The notes under the pieces are model-generated. The model saw only the letters and a list, made by a program, of their open reading frames with translations, searched no databases and was not told where the DNA came from. From Phaeosaccion multiseriatum (taxonomy: Eukaryota > Protista > Ochrophyta, other classes), in assembly GCA_965112735.1 (NCBI GenBank), contig OZ218963.1:1116001-1180000 (forward strand): DNA of 64,000 bases. Direction: 5' to 3'. Positions 10,157-23,320 of the stretch are shown here, piece after piece (positions within the stretch are counted from its first letter, which is position 1; each line of letters starts with the position of its first letter). The position numbers and the translations under genes are program-made.

Positions 10157-12551
10157 GCGGAGCTTAGTGACACCTCTCCTTCTGACCTCATAACAGTCAC
10201 ACCTCTCCTTCTGACCTCATAACGCTGAGTCACACCTCTCCTTCGGACCTCATAACAGTCACACCTCTCCTTCTGACCTCATAACAGTCACACCTCTCCT
10301 TCGGACCTCATAACAGTCACACCTCTCCTTCTGACCTCATAACAGTCACACCTCTCCTTCTGACCTCATAACAGCCACACCTCTCCTTCGGACCTCATAA
10401 CAGTCACACCTCTCCTTCTGACCTAATAACAGTCACACCTCTCCTTCTGACCTCATAACAGTCACACCTCTCCTTCTGACCTCATAACAGTCACACCTCT
10501 CCTTCTGACCTCATAACAGTCACACCTCTCCTTCTGACCTCATAACGCTCAGTCACACCTCTCCTTCTGACCTCATAACAGTCACACCTCTCCTTCTGAC
10601 CTCATAACAGTCACACCTCTCCTTCTGACCTCATAACGCTCAGTCACACCTCTCCTTCTGACCTCATAACGCTCAGTCACACCTCTCCTTCTGACCTCAT
10701 AACAGTCACACCTCTCCTTCTGACGTCATAACGCTCGAGAATGCATGCACGGGCAAACACGGAGTGCCTCCCTCCGTCCCTCCCTCCCATGTATTCCGGC
10801 CCCTCTCACGCACGCCAACTCGCCAACCCTCTTTCTTCGCCATCCCGTCGTCACCAGGTTCGCAAACGCGAAGTGAAGAAGAGGCGGCTGTGCTCAGGTG
10901 AGGCACCCCACCCCTCCTCCTGCCTGCTGATTCAAAGCCAAGAACAACCCTCCACAGGCTGGCGACTGCTTACTGGCCTGAACGCAACACGCACGCACCC
11001 CTTTCGGCCCTTGATCACGCCCTCCCTCCCCTCCCGTCCTCTCCTCCCCCCCCCCCCCCCCCTCGACCGCTTGCACCCACAAACACGCAGTACCATTCAT
11101 CCTGCGTGAGGAGCCAGAGCTGGCGCTGCACGTGAGGGTGTTCAACCTCGCCTCCGTTGCCAAGCGGCCTGCTGCCACTGCGCTGGACGCCAAAACGAAC
11201 AAGGCAAGCACCTTTCTTCCCTTTTCTTGCCTCCTCGAGGCGTACGTCCCAAAGCTCTGCACGCATCCGCTTTTGTTGTGCTTGTCCCTTCGCCTTCTCT
11301 ACAGCAATTCAGTCCCCTGGCCCGATACCCCCCTCACCCGATGACCCGATGTGGTCTCCCCCCTCCTCCCTCCTCAGGCGATCAAGGTAGTGACAAGGAT
11401 GACCGACAACGACACCGGTGCGGCGCTCGACGAGCACGAGATACGGAAGTACGTGGAGCTCGGCCAAGAGAGGATCTACATGACGTCACAGGTAGGTCAG
11501 AGGATACGTAGTATGTATGTAGGTGTGTATGTATGTATGAATGTATGTATGTATGTCTGTCTGTCTGTATGTATGTATGTATGTATGTATGTATGTATGT
11601 ATGTATGTTTGTATGTATGTACGTATGTATATATATACCCCTGCCACACGGTATGCTTTCGCTGCCTTGCCTCTTTCTCTCTCCTTGTTTCTCTCATTCT
11701 CTCTCTCCCCCTCTCTGTATGTTCATATCCCTCCCTATCTCTCTCTCTCTCTCTCCCTCTCGCTCTTTGTCCCTCTCGTATGCATGTTGTATGCGACTGA
11801 CCACCCTGCTCTCTCATGTCATGTGTGTGCACAGGAGCGAGCGAAATTACAAGAAATGGGCCCGGTGGGCTTCCGTTTGCTCGGCTTCAGGTGGGGCACT
11901 GATGCGCGCAAGCGTGTGTGTGTGTGTGCGTGTGTGTGTGTGTGTGTAGGGCCTGGACTGCACAAGTCAGTCATTGATTGACTCTTCTGTGCACCCCCGC
12001 GATGCCCGCTTAGGCCCGTTGGCGACATTGTTAAGCCAGAGCTGGCCATGGGCGCTCCGTACTTCATCTATCCGGACGAACAGGCCGTCACCGGCAGCTG
12101 CAAGGTGACTTTCTCGCGGCATTTGCTTCAGTGCAAGTAGGCGGCGTCGGAAGCAGCGGGATGACAAGTTTTGCATCCGCGCCCCTCTTCCCTTATCCTT
12201 TTATCCCCAGGCGTTTGTGGCTCTGCACACAGCGATGCTGTCGAAGGGCGTGGCGGCGCTGGTGTCCTTCGTGAAGCGTGCGGGGAGCAAGTATAGAATG
12301 GCCGCCTTGCAGGCACAGGAGGAGGTCACCAATGATGAGGGGGAACAGGTGGGTGGGTGGGTGCGTGCGTGCGTGAGAGGGAGGGTGTGGGTTGGCGCGG
12401 GTTGGCGGGTTGGCGTGGGTGCGTGGGTAGGTGCTGCTGCTCGCTTGCTTGTTCAAAGTTTATGATGTGTGCTCGCCGAAAGACGAAGCTGTGGCTCCTA
12501 CGCACGGCGGCAAAAGAAGGAAGGCTTCCCCATGTAGTGTATTATGAAATA

Positions 12552-12590
<39 letters not shown>

Positions 12591-14442
12591 TGGATTCATG
12601 TTGATTCATTCATAGTTGGCCTCCCTCCCTTCCCCCGCGGCCTGCAGGTCCGTGCTCCAGGCATGCACGTCATCTTCCTGCCGTTTCGCGAAGAGGTGCG
12701 AGAGATCATGACCAACCCGGGGGGCGACATCAGTGGAGAGGAGGCCGAGGAGCAGTTGGAGGCGGCTACCGAAGCGGCCAAGCAGCTCACTGAGGTCAGG
12801 TCAAGTCGCGCCACCCGACAGAAGACAGATACAACACACCTCTTCCCACCAGCTCCTCCTTGGACACATATATACGAATAGTAACGAAAAGCTGCGTCCT
12901 CCCCCACCCATCCGCTAACGCTAACGCCAGTCTCCCCTTCCCCGCCCCCCTCTCCTCTCTCCTGCCTTGCCTCGGTATCGCAGCTGAAGCCGCTCCGCAC
13001 CCAAAACTTCCACTGTGGCATGTTCGACTCCCCCATGCTGCTCAAGTTTTACGCGGCGGTGCAGGCTCAGGCTCTTAAGGAGGAGGACCTCGACTTCGAC
13101 CTCGAACGGTGAGTGAGTGCTTGCCTGTCTCGGTCGTGGGTGCCTCCGTCTCAAGTCGTGTAGGGCGCACACACACACACACACACACACGCGCGTATGT
13201 GCGTTGGAATGAATGCGTCCTCATCCCTCACCGACACACCGCTGAGGTGTGGGTGTGGGCATGCATGACACCAGTTGGTTACTAAGCGCTCCTTCTCCCC
13301 CACCGCCTCGCGACGTTTCAACTTTCAACTTTCAACTTTCAACTGTCAACTGTCAACTGTCAACTTTCAACTGTCACCAGGGACGACACAACGCTACCCA
13401 AGCTGGACTACATCGATGCACAGGCCGCGGCCGCCATTGACGCCTTCAAGGTGCGTCCTGTCTGCCACATGATTCCCGTGCTGCTCGTCCTGTCTGCCAC
13501 ATGATTCCCGTGCTGCTCGTCCTGTCTGCCGTATGATTCCCGTGCTGCTCGTCCTGTCTGCCACATGATTCCTGTGCTGCTCGTCCTGTCTGCCACATGA
13601 TTCCCGTGCTGCTTGTCCTGTCTGCCACATGATTCCCGTGCTGCTTGTCCTGTCTGCCACATGATTCCCGTGCTGCTCGTCCTGTCTGCCACATGATTCC
13701 CGTGCTGCTCCGCCCACCGCAGGAGCATTTGCTCCGGTAGTGTGTTCTCTAATCCTCTTCAGCTCTCTTAGAGCACAGTAATTAGCACTGTTGAGACAAA
13801 TGTAAAGTTGTGCATAAGTAGTGCAGTTGTTTCAACCAGCTGATGACTGTGAATAACCAGGAGACAGGAGATCGCTAAAGGGGGGCTCGTAGAATGCGCT
13901 ACCCTGCCTTACGGCTTTCCCTTATGATGTCACTCTCACTCACTCTTGGTCTCCCTGCAATGCCTCATCATCATCCTCCTGCTGCTCTGCGACACTTCTC
14001 GCGGAACAAGTCCCCCCCCAAAAGTGTAGCTGCTTCAGTTGATTCGCCCTGCATCTCTCACCTCCCAGCCGGAATGATCGTGTGCTCTTGCTCCGTAGGC
14101 AAGCTTCGGCGCTGATAAGCCGGACGAAGAGCTTGTGAGCGGAAAGCGTAAAGCCGCAGGAGGGGGTGGGCCCGCCAAGAAGGTTGGTGCTGTCCCCCCT
14201 CTCTTTGTTGAGTCGTGTTTGCCATAGTCAAAGTAATCAAACTCCGTCTCCCCTTGTAACTACTGTACCAGGTGAAAGGCGACAACGAGTCCGACCAAGA
14301 CTTCTGGGCGAGGATTGTGAAGGACGGGTCCTGTGAGAAGGAAACCATACCGAGCATCAAGGCATACCTCAAGCTCATGGGGCAGCCCGTCTCCGGCACC
14401 AAGAAGGTCCTCCTGGACAGGGTCAAGGCTTTACACCCCTGA
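8024..14442 (+). CDS. XRCC6: Ku70 DNA end-binding protein (vWA + Ku core + SAP), many introns
   Basis: Exons encode DNIVFLVDARKAM, KIGITLFGT, RRIWLFTNDDDP, FDPNKFY, GFRLLGF, PYFIYPDE..VTGS, PGMHVIFLPFREEVRE and FDSPMLLKFYAAVQAQAL. C-terminal SAP domain TIPSIKAYLKLMGQPVSGTKKVLLDRVKA; stop TGA 14440-14442. Confidence 0.95.
9827..9910. repeat. (CCCT)n microsatellite, Ku70 intron
   Basis: Direct inspection. Confidence 0.95.
10167..10735. repeat. 29/33-bp minisatellite, Ku70 intron
   Basis: gtcacacctctccttctgacctcataaca (+/- cgct insert), about 18-19 copies. Confidence 0.95.
13453..13710. repeat. 32-bp minisatellite at the start of a Ku70 intron
   Basis: gtcctgtctgccacatgattcccgtgctgctc x~8. 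Confidence 0.95.
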
Positions 14443-14857
14443 TGGGCGCAGACCGATTGACAGTCCGAGCGAGCATCCTTAGAACGAGTACGCCCCTACC
14501 GGACATCCTTAGACCTCGCCCTGGCATATCGCGCCGCACACGCAGTTGCCTGGAGTGGCAGCTCCTGCATCCACTCATGCATCCAGTCATGCATCTACTC
14601 ATGCATCCAGTCATGCATCCAGTCACGTCGAAGGGGCCCGCTGCGTCGCTCCATCTGCCGCCCGCCGGGCCCTTCCCTGCTGCACAGCCGCCGAGCAATG
14701 GCGCCATTGTAAGACGTCGCCCCGCCACACTTGCTTCTCATCACAAACGTCACACGTGGTGGCTCTCATTGCTCGGTGGCTTGGGGGGGGGGGGGGGGGG
14801 ACGGCTGTTCAAAGCAGACCCCCCCCCTCCCTCGTTTCCCTCTTTTAGCTGGTGTGG

Positions 14858-16056
14858 TCACCGCTGTCCTGCCAGAGCCTTTTGCACGACCGGTAACAGG
14901 CACCCGGCCCAGAGCTCCAAACCCGCATCGGACGGGTGCAGCCGGTCAGGCATGAGCTGCTCGTCAATGTCTCCTCCCCCATCGACGAGGAACACTCCCC
15001 CGCAGTCTAATAGAATCATTTCGTGGGCCATCAAGTGCCTGAGCTTGGCCGGTACCTCTTCAAGCAAGACATTCACAGTCTTGACTTTGTCCCAGAGGGG
15101 GGTGTCGGACTGGCCTCGTGGGAAGAGCTTGTGAAGGATGAGGTGAACGTTGGGGCGCATGGCGAGGATGAGGTGCACCACGCTCACGATACCCTGCACT
15201 GTATCATGCACAGAGGAGCCAAAGCCGAGGTTATTGGTCCCGATGTGCAGGACCACCACCTTGGGATCCAAGACCTGTTTCGATTGTACAATGGCGTAGT
15301 GTACGAGGGCAAAAGGGTGTGGTGAGAGTTAGTCAATCGGTCGGGGCACGAGGGCAGGCTCTGTCATCGACCGCAGCTGCCTGTGCTTGGCTGCCAACTC
15401 AGCCTTGAGAAGCAGTGTGCGACCCAGGGAGCCCAAAGGGATTAAGCAAGGTTCGAATACAGAGGCACGGAAAACCAACCCAGCACCTAGAAGAGAGAGA
15501 GAGAGAGAGACAGTGATAGAAAGCCTCTCCGTTTGTATCTCGTCATGTGGCAGTCCCACGACCTTACCTCTGGCATCTCTCCGTTCATGAGTCTATAGAG
15601 GACGTGTCTCGTCTGATCTCCCGAGACACCAAGATTCAGAGCCCCCAGCGGCTCGAAGTGCTGGTCCCACGCCTCGGTTGTCGCCCCCGAGCGGGCCAGT
15701 CCAGTGCCATAGCTATGCCTGACGAGGCTCTACAGCGCAAAAGCAACAAATGTTTTAAATTGATTTGTTTGTTGTTTGCTGTATGCTTTCACAACGGCTG
15801 CACGCACCTCTCCACGGAACCTTTGAGTGATCGAGTCGCCAACGAAGAGAACGTTGACGTCAGCCCCATAGTCCTCCGCCTCATCCTTCAACAGCGCATG
15901 CATCTCGTACCACACCGGAGAGTCCGTCCTCGGTTCCCCGGCCTCCAGGGAAAGCCTCCTTTCATCTGATGGCAAGCCAAGCAAACACCGTGGACCCACA
16001 ACCAAGACACTCACGGCGAGTAGCAACGATAAGCCCTTCCGAGGAGCCGCCGACAT
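14858..16056 (-). CDS. SGNH/GDSL hydrolase, PAF-acetylhydrolase IB-like, with N-terminal hydrophobic leader
   Basis: Blocks VLFVGDSIT, GISGDQTRHVLYRL, PKVVVLHIGTNNL and MPDRLHPS. Confidence 0.9.
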
Positions 16057-16205
16057 TTTTTTTTTTTTCTCTCTCTCTTCTCTCTTCTCTGGGACATTAC
16101 TCTTAGGTACATAGATGGCAGCCAAAGGGCCGCGATGTTGATGTGCGCTTCGGACACTCATTTTTCCCTTGCTCCCTACTTATTTTCTACAAACAGACGA
16201 GAGGG

Positions 16206-17880
16206 ATGGGTTCCCGGGTGTTGCTGGCGACAGCTCTGGCCGTGCAATGCGTATGCACAGTCCATTCCTTCACCCTCACTCCACAAACCAGGCTGCCGTC
16301 TACTTCGAGGGAAGGAAGCAGGAGCGGCGGTAGTAAGAGGCGCCCTCGATCCCGTCTGCACATGTTTGATCCTTCGCACGCTGTGGACAGCGTGTCTCAT
16401 CTTTCGGAGGCCTTCGCTGCCACGGGCTTCTCGCTAGACTTTTCGGCCCTTCACGATGCCCACGCTCATGTTGAGACAGCTCAGGCAGCAGTAGCGACAG
16501 CGGCTGGTGGAGGGGTGGATGAGCAGCAGTGGTTAAGTTCAGTCCTCAACGGACTGGCCGACGAAGCGGCAGCAGTTCCCGAGGAGAAGAAGGCTGACTG
16601 GTTCGCGTCATGGACCAACTTCCTTGTGGGAAACATCAAGGTACTGTACGCAGCCCCAACTCGTGCTCTTACCGTCCCATTCCTTTCTCCGCCCCCCAGT
16701 ACCTCAAGCATACACAACTTCCACTCCTGACGCCCCGTTTCTTTCCCCCCTTTCTCCCAGAGCCTGAACAATTTCTACTCGAGCATGGGCATCGCCAACA
16801 GCTTCGGCTTGGCCATTGCCACGTTCACGTTTGTGGTCAAGATTTTCCTCTTCCCCCTCAACTACTTGCAAATCCAGTCGACAGAGGCTGTCAATGTCCT
16901 CAAGCCCGTGCAGGAGGAGATCAAAGAGAAGTTCGCCAACAACAAGCTGCAGCAGCAGGACGCCACAGCGCGGCTCTACGAGGCCACAAAGGTCAACCCC
17001 CTGGCGGGCTGCCTGCCGTCGCTCTTCCAGATCCCCGTGTTTATTGGGTTGTACCGAGCCTTGGCGCAGCTGGCGGCTGAGGTAAGAAGTTTGAAACGAA
17101 GCCAATGCTTTGCCCACTTGTGTCCTAGGCCCTGTACTGCGTATTGCGCCCCTCGTGGCTCACACACAATGGCTTTCCCACTCTCCTGACCCTTGCAGCA
17201 AGCTGTGGACCAGCCCTTCCTGTGGATCCCCAACCTCGAAGGTCCCGTCTTCGACAAGGGCCGAGGCATTCAATGGCTTACGGAGAATTGGCAGAACGGA
17301 GCCCCTTCCCTGGGCTGGCATGACACCCTGCTGTACGCGCTTGCTCCTGTGCTCTTGGTAGTGACGCAGACGCTCAGCATGCGCATGACCGCCCCTCCCG
17401 TCGCAGCTGACGACGAGGCTGCTCAACGGACGTCGACGGTGAGTTGTCCCATGTGGTCTTCCTTCCCTTGGGGAGGGAAAAGAGGGTGCGGGGAGGAGTG
17501 GCGGGCTGCAGGGAAGCTGTTCTAGTTGTGTTCTAGTTGTAATTCGAATCTGCTGTTCTAGTTGTAATTCGAATCGCGTCTTGGCTTCCCTGGGCCTCCC
17601 CTCCTCTGGTGCACGGCAGGTTCTGAAGTTCCTGCCCTTGCTCATCGGCTGGTTCTCGCTCAACGTGCCCGCGGCACTGACCGTGTACTGGATGGTCAAC
17701 AACTTTGGCACCACGGCCACCACTGTGGGTCTGAAGAAGTACTTCCAGGCCAACCCTCCCAAGCTCGACGTGAGTGTGTGTGTGCGTGTGTGTGTGTGTG
17801 TGCGTGTGTGTGTGTGTGTATGCGCTTCGTGTCTGGACCCTTTGTTCTCCCTCCCGCATGTCTGTAGATAGCTCTGATGA

Positions 17881-17931
<51 letters not shown>

Positions 17932-18171
17932 CGTCGCTGTCGTTCTTGCTCTTTCTTTTGTACTCTTCTGACGACCACCGACCCCACTGACTCACTTGAC
18001 TCGTCCTTCCCTGCTGCTGCTGCTTGTTGCCACCCCCTGACGCCCTGTGTGCAGATCCCCGAGGACATTCTCGAGGGCAGGGCGGAGTTCGACGTGCAGT
18101 CGCTGGAGGACGCCATCAAGGAGGCGCGCAGGAACGCGCAGCCGCCGCGTGCAAGCAGACGTATGGCGTGA
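16206..18171 (+). CDS. ALB3: Thylakoid membrane insertase ALB3 (YidC/Oxa1 family)
   Basis: Leader MGSRVLLATALAVQCVCTVHS|F. Motifs SFGLAIATFTFVVKIFLFPL, VNPLAGCLPSLFQIPVFIGLYRAL, PFLWIPNLEGP and LKFLPLLIGWFSLNVPAALTVYWMVNN. Confidence 0.95.
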
Positions 18172-18558
18172 GTGAGTGGAAGGGGTGGGGGTGCTGATCA
18201 CCCATCCTGCTTAGCTTTTCCCTTGCTCGCTGCGAGGCAAGGAAGGAGTGAAACAAAGCTGCGGTGCAAGATACAACTTTTTGTTATAGTTAATTCGTTA
18301 ATTCTGTCTGGGGAAGCTTGAAAGGAGATTGAAAGGAGATTGAGGGGACCCACCGTCCCGTCTTGCTCTCCAAAACTTTGTGTACGCTGCAAGGCGGAAT
18401 CGTTTTCAGAATTATACGAAATATTATGTAATACGTAAGTACTACGTACGTCTCCTTAAGTCGCTCGTTGATGGCAGAGGCAACCCCTCCCCCGCGCCTT
18501 CTTCTTGCATTGAATCCCCCATAAGTTGCTCCCCCGGCCCCCTGCCGTTTCAACCGTT

Positions 18559-19648
18559 TCAAAAGCGAGACATTCTGGCGAGGCGGGACCTGTGTCCCTT
18601 CTGCTTCTTGGCCTCTGCCAGGAACTCCATTGACTTACTGCTCGGCACGAAGCCGTAGTCCTGCATGTGACACACACAATAAAATACAGTGCAGTGCAGC
18701 GCAACACAAGGGGCAGAGGGAGAGAGGACATGTTCGACAGGGGACGAGAGGGGAGGGGGGGTGAGGCCGACACCTTGCTCGGTAGTTCGATCGATTGCGT
18801 AACGACCGACGACTTATCAAATGACTACAGTGTACACCACGGTACTCCATGTTGAGTTTAGGGAATCACAAGTGCTGTTGTCCCACTGCATTGTGTGTGT
18901 GTGTGTGTGCGCGCGTCGTCTTGCCCCGGGGGGTCGTCAGAGGGGCCGCCTTTTGGCATGCAGCGGAGAATCCCAGTGAGAGAGCCGCACCAAGCCCACG
19001 CTCCGGTGGTGGTATGCTTCTCACCTTGAAGTTGCCCTTCTCGTCCTCCCTCATCTGCACCAGAACCTGTACAGCGAGGGCCACGGCAGGCAGTAGAGAA
19101 GCAGCGCCACGGACGGTCAGAAACTGAGAGGGAGTGGCCTCTCCGCGTCGTCGCCAACCCCCCCCCCCCCCTCCAACACCCTCCACGCCTCACCTCGGGA
19201 AGGCTGTACATCGTGATCTTTGGTCGATAGGAAATCTTCTTGTTCTTGCGCCGCATGTCTCGGTACGCCTTGTTGAGGTCAGCGAGGTCGAAAAACAGGG
19301 GCTTTACCTGGTACAGCAAACAAGGGGGGGAAAGGTGGCGTAGTGAAAACGCGCATGACCAAGATGCAGCGTCAGTAGGGAGATGGAGCCTTGGGGTATT
19401 CCTTCGGCACAGCACAAAGGGACTTGTGTGTCTCCGTTGCCGCTGCTCTCCGCGAGACACACCAAGGCCACATCTTGGCTCACCTTGCAGCCATCCTTCT
19501 CTATCAGCAACCCCTCTACGGAGAAGACTGGAACCACACCAGGAGGCTTCGTTTTGATCTGACGAGAGAGAGGAGGGAAGGCAACAAAACAAGCCCAACG
19601 TGACGTGCTAAGAAGGCCGTCTTGTAGTTGGTTGGGGGGGTGTTGGGC

Positions 19649-19703
<55 letters not shown>

Positions 19704-20987
19704 CTCTCTACAGAGCTGTAATGTACCTGTGCTTGTTCGTAGTACTCCTCCATGGCCCGGTTATCCGGGTACATGAGAAAAGTCATGGTTTCACGCTGCC
19801 CCGAGCGAACGGAGCCAGTCTCCGTGGGGCCCTTCTCAATCATCGTAAACACCTTCTCTAGAGGCACCACGTAGATGCGCGCGTCCTTCTGGTAGTTGGG
19901 TATCTGCACCATCTCCGACAGCATCTGCTTGGCGTCTTCTAAATTGGTAAAGAACAAACCTGCCTGCTCGCTGGGCCCCACGGGGGTGAGGTAGGGCTGC
20001 CCCTGCGAGTTGACCACCATGAAAGCGGGCACACCAGCCAGCTTCTCCTCCAGCGTTCGACTCGAGAATCGCTTCCACGGACTCGCTTGGGCCTAGTGCA
20101 TTTTGCATTGTATACATAGAAACACACACGGCACGCGCATGAGCTGAGTAATAGCCTCCTAGTGCCTGTACACCTGCGGTACTGTAACCAGGCTGCGCGC
20201 GGAGTCTCTCTTCCGAGCGGCCCACAAAGCCTCTCCCGCCACCCCCCAACACCCTCCCGCCTCCCCGTTGGCTATGGCCTCAATTGGACTGACCTGGACG
20301 GTTCTGGTGATGGCGGGAACATCCAACCCTGCCCTTTTGATGGAGCTAACCAGCATCGTCGGACTGGCCACAAACACCATAAACGCCAACACAGCCTTGA
20401 GCAGCAGACTGTCCAGAACTCGCCTTCCTGTCCTCCGACTTGCGCTTAGTAGCCTTCGCAAACCCCACAGTCTTCCTCGGCCCTGCATCTGCGGCTCCTG
20501 TCCCATAACCTGTGCGCTTCTTTCCACCACTGCCCGCAGCGGAGATACGCCCCCCCTACTATCGGAAAGGTCGCGCAACGAGGCAGAAAAAGGCGGTTAC
20601 TTCAAGCCCCAGACGCGTTCATTGCAAGCGGAACGACAACAGAAGTGTGAGCATTCGACTCGCCCCCAGTGGCGGAAGGGTTGCGGCCGTACTCTCTGAA
20701 CAACACCAAACACAGCAGTTCCAAAGGGCCAACCCCCCCGCCCGTTAGCGTCCAACTCCTGCATCAGCATACCTTCTCCGCCGTCCAGTCATCGCTGCTG
20801 CTGCTCCTTCTGCTGCGGACAACCTCTCTCCCCGATGGGAACATGAGTGTTGGGGTCGGAGCATGCTGCATCTGCTGTTGATTCGCGTTTCCCTCGACAG
20901 CAGCGGCGACCTTGCTGCAGTAGGGGGTGAGTAGAAGGCATGGGACACATGCAACACACTCACTATGCACACCAGCGCCCGACGCAT
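18559..20987 (-). CDS. TIC22: Tic22-family plastid import component
   Basis: Leader MRRALVCIVSVLHVSHA|F. Motifs LEEKLAGVPAFMVVNSQGQPYL, GLFFTNLEDAKQML, VPVFSVEGL, KPLFFDLADL and final exon YGFVPSSKSMEFL. Confidence 0.88.
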
Positions 20988-21273
20988 CGCTCACTGTATA
21001 TGTGCCGCCCGCAAATCCCTGCCTAAAAGTACAAAACAAAAAATGCCTAAGAGTAAGGGTGTGATCGTGAGTGAGTGCGTGAGTGAGTGAGTGACAGCCT
21101 ACGCGAGAGCTAGAGTCGCTGACATTCAATAGGAGCCAAAAGACACGTCTGGCAGTTAGCCTCACCTTTGGAGCGGAAAGGAAAGAAGGAAGTGCCAATA
21201 TCCACATTCCATGGGTATTGCCTACACCTAGGTCATAGCGTATAGCATGTCCCAGGAGTGCTACTTGCAACGC

Positions 21274-21768
21274 TCCCTCCTTCCCCTCCCTCCCTCCCCT
21301 CCGTCCCTCCCCTCCCTCCCTCCCTCCCTCCCTCCCTCCCTCCCTCCCTCCCTCCCTCCCTCCCTCCCTCCCTCCCTCCCTCCCTCCCTCCCTCCCTCCT
21401 TCCCTCCCTCCCTCCCTCCCTCCCTCCCTCCCTCCCTCCCTCCCTCCCTCCCTCCCTCCCTCCCTCCCTCCCTCCCTCCCTCCCTCCCTCCCTCCCTCCC
21501 TCCCTCCCTCCCTCCCTCCCTCCCTCCCTCCCTCCCTCCCTCCCTCCCTCCCTCCCTCCCTCCCTCCCTCCCTCCCTCCCTCCCTCCCTCCCTCCCTCCC
21601 TCCCTCCCTCCCTCCCTCCCTCCCTCCCTCCCTCCCTCCCTCCCTCCCTCCCTCCCTCCCTCCCTCCCTCCCTCCCTCCCTCCCTCCCTCCCTCCCTCCC
21701 TCCCTCCCTCCCTCCCTCCCTCCCTCCCTCTCCCCCTCCCTCCCTCCCTCCCTCCCTCCCTCCCTCCC
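21274..21768. repeat. ~0.5-kb (CCCT)n microsatellite
   Basis: Direct inspection. Confidence 0.98.
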
Positions 21769-23320
21769 TGCATGCATGCCTTTCTCAAACCTGTGACAGC
21801 GTCAGGTGAGAGTATTACTTTGGGAGCTCCAGTGGCACTCCTTTGCTTGCTCTATTACTTGGGGGCTCTAGTACCTCTTCAGGTGTACCTCTTCAGGTGT
21901 ACCTCTTCAGGTGTACCTCTTCAGGTGTGGAGCATAGAGAGGCAGAGCAAGGAATGGAATGTTTGGGGGGGGGGGGGGGCTGTTGGAAGTAGGTGCCCAT
22001 GATGCAGGCAGACTAACGAGTGATGCGCTCTACCCGCCCCTCAGATAGGGAAGCAGAAAACTTGTACGAATTCGCCCCCAGTCTGTAATGGGCGGGCGGG
22101 GCGGCAAAGCATTGAATACGTCATTTGGACGAATGTAAGAATATATTCACAAGAGTTGCGGCTCAGCTTCCCTAATACAGAGCAGATCTCTCCGTTCCGT
22201 GCTATACTACATTCCAGCGCCTTCCCTCCGGTCCTCTCTCCTCCCACCAGGGGGCCTAGTAGCTATTCTCCTCCTCGCTCCTCTGAGCGACGTGGCATTT
22301 GTTGTGTACACCATTGTGGAGGGCAGCCATGCATGCCATCGCTCGGGCCCTCTGCCCTCTAACCATCAGCCATGCGGCAGGAGGCCACTTGTTCTTGCTT
22401 GGCATGCGGCATTCGTAGACAGCGCACTGGACGACGAAGGGAGTCGTGGAATGCAGCCCCCCTCCCGTTCGGCTCAGAGGAGGCAGAACGAGCGATGCAG
22501 TAGGTAGGACCCACGGTTGGCCGACGACGCTGACTCAATTCGCAGTAGAAGACGGGTGGTACCGCAGCGATCCCTCGTCGGCGTGGCTACCGTATCACTC
22601 GTCTACTTTCCCACTCCGCTACTTGCCATTGGGCTGCTGACACCGCCGGAGTGGAGCAAAGCAATGGCTGGCTTACGTCATCGCTCCTCCCGCTAAGCAA
22701 CATACTTCAGTATACTTCTTTTGTGTTGCTGCCTTGCTCGATCCGGCGTTAGCCTTCTCCTAGCAGCTCCATTACCCTAAACCTATCAGCGTCCTTAGTA
22801 TCACCAGGGGTGAGTATCAAGCCTCCGTGGTGCTGTACAGTGGACGCGATCACTCGGGTCACAGAAGAATGGCGACGAGTGCCGCATTAGCTACTAGCAG
22901 CCCTTCTTCCTCCCAGAGGCCTTTCCCCACCAGCTGAACTTGGCAACGAGCATGCATCGGTGCGCTCGGTGGACGTGAACTTTCGCCCCCCCCAAGAGCT
23001 CATTTTTCCCGCTGCCTCTTCTCCTGGGATGAGAAGAGTGGAGCCACTGCGCAGGACAAACGGCACGCCTGCCCCCTCTTTCTTCAAAGCCTCCTTCCTT
23101 TCCGTCCACTCCGCCCTCGCCCTTTGTCGCCGAAGCGCCTGCTGATGCTGTGCATGGCTCGCTCCTGACCCCATTGTTCTTCTCGTTGTTGTTTGATCTA
23201 GTTTTTCTTTCTTCTGGGGTGTCTTCGTAGTTTTCTGTTTTTGCCCTATCCAAACCGTTACAGAACGGTTTCGTTTTTTTCTTCTGACTCTCTCTTTCCT
23301 TTCTCCTTTCTCCCTCCTCA

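Noticed and set aside
10167-10735. CRISPR-like array (also considered for 13453-13710 and 55752-56323)
   Set aside because: Units are contiguous with no unique spacers, lie within eukaryotic introns, and no cas genes are present.
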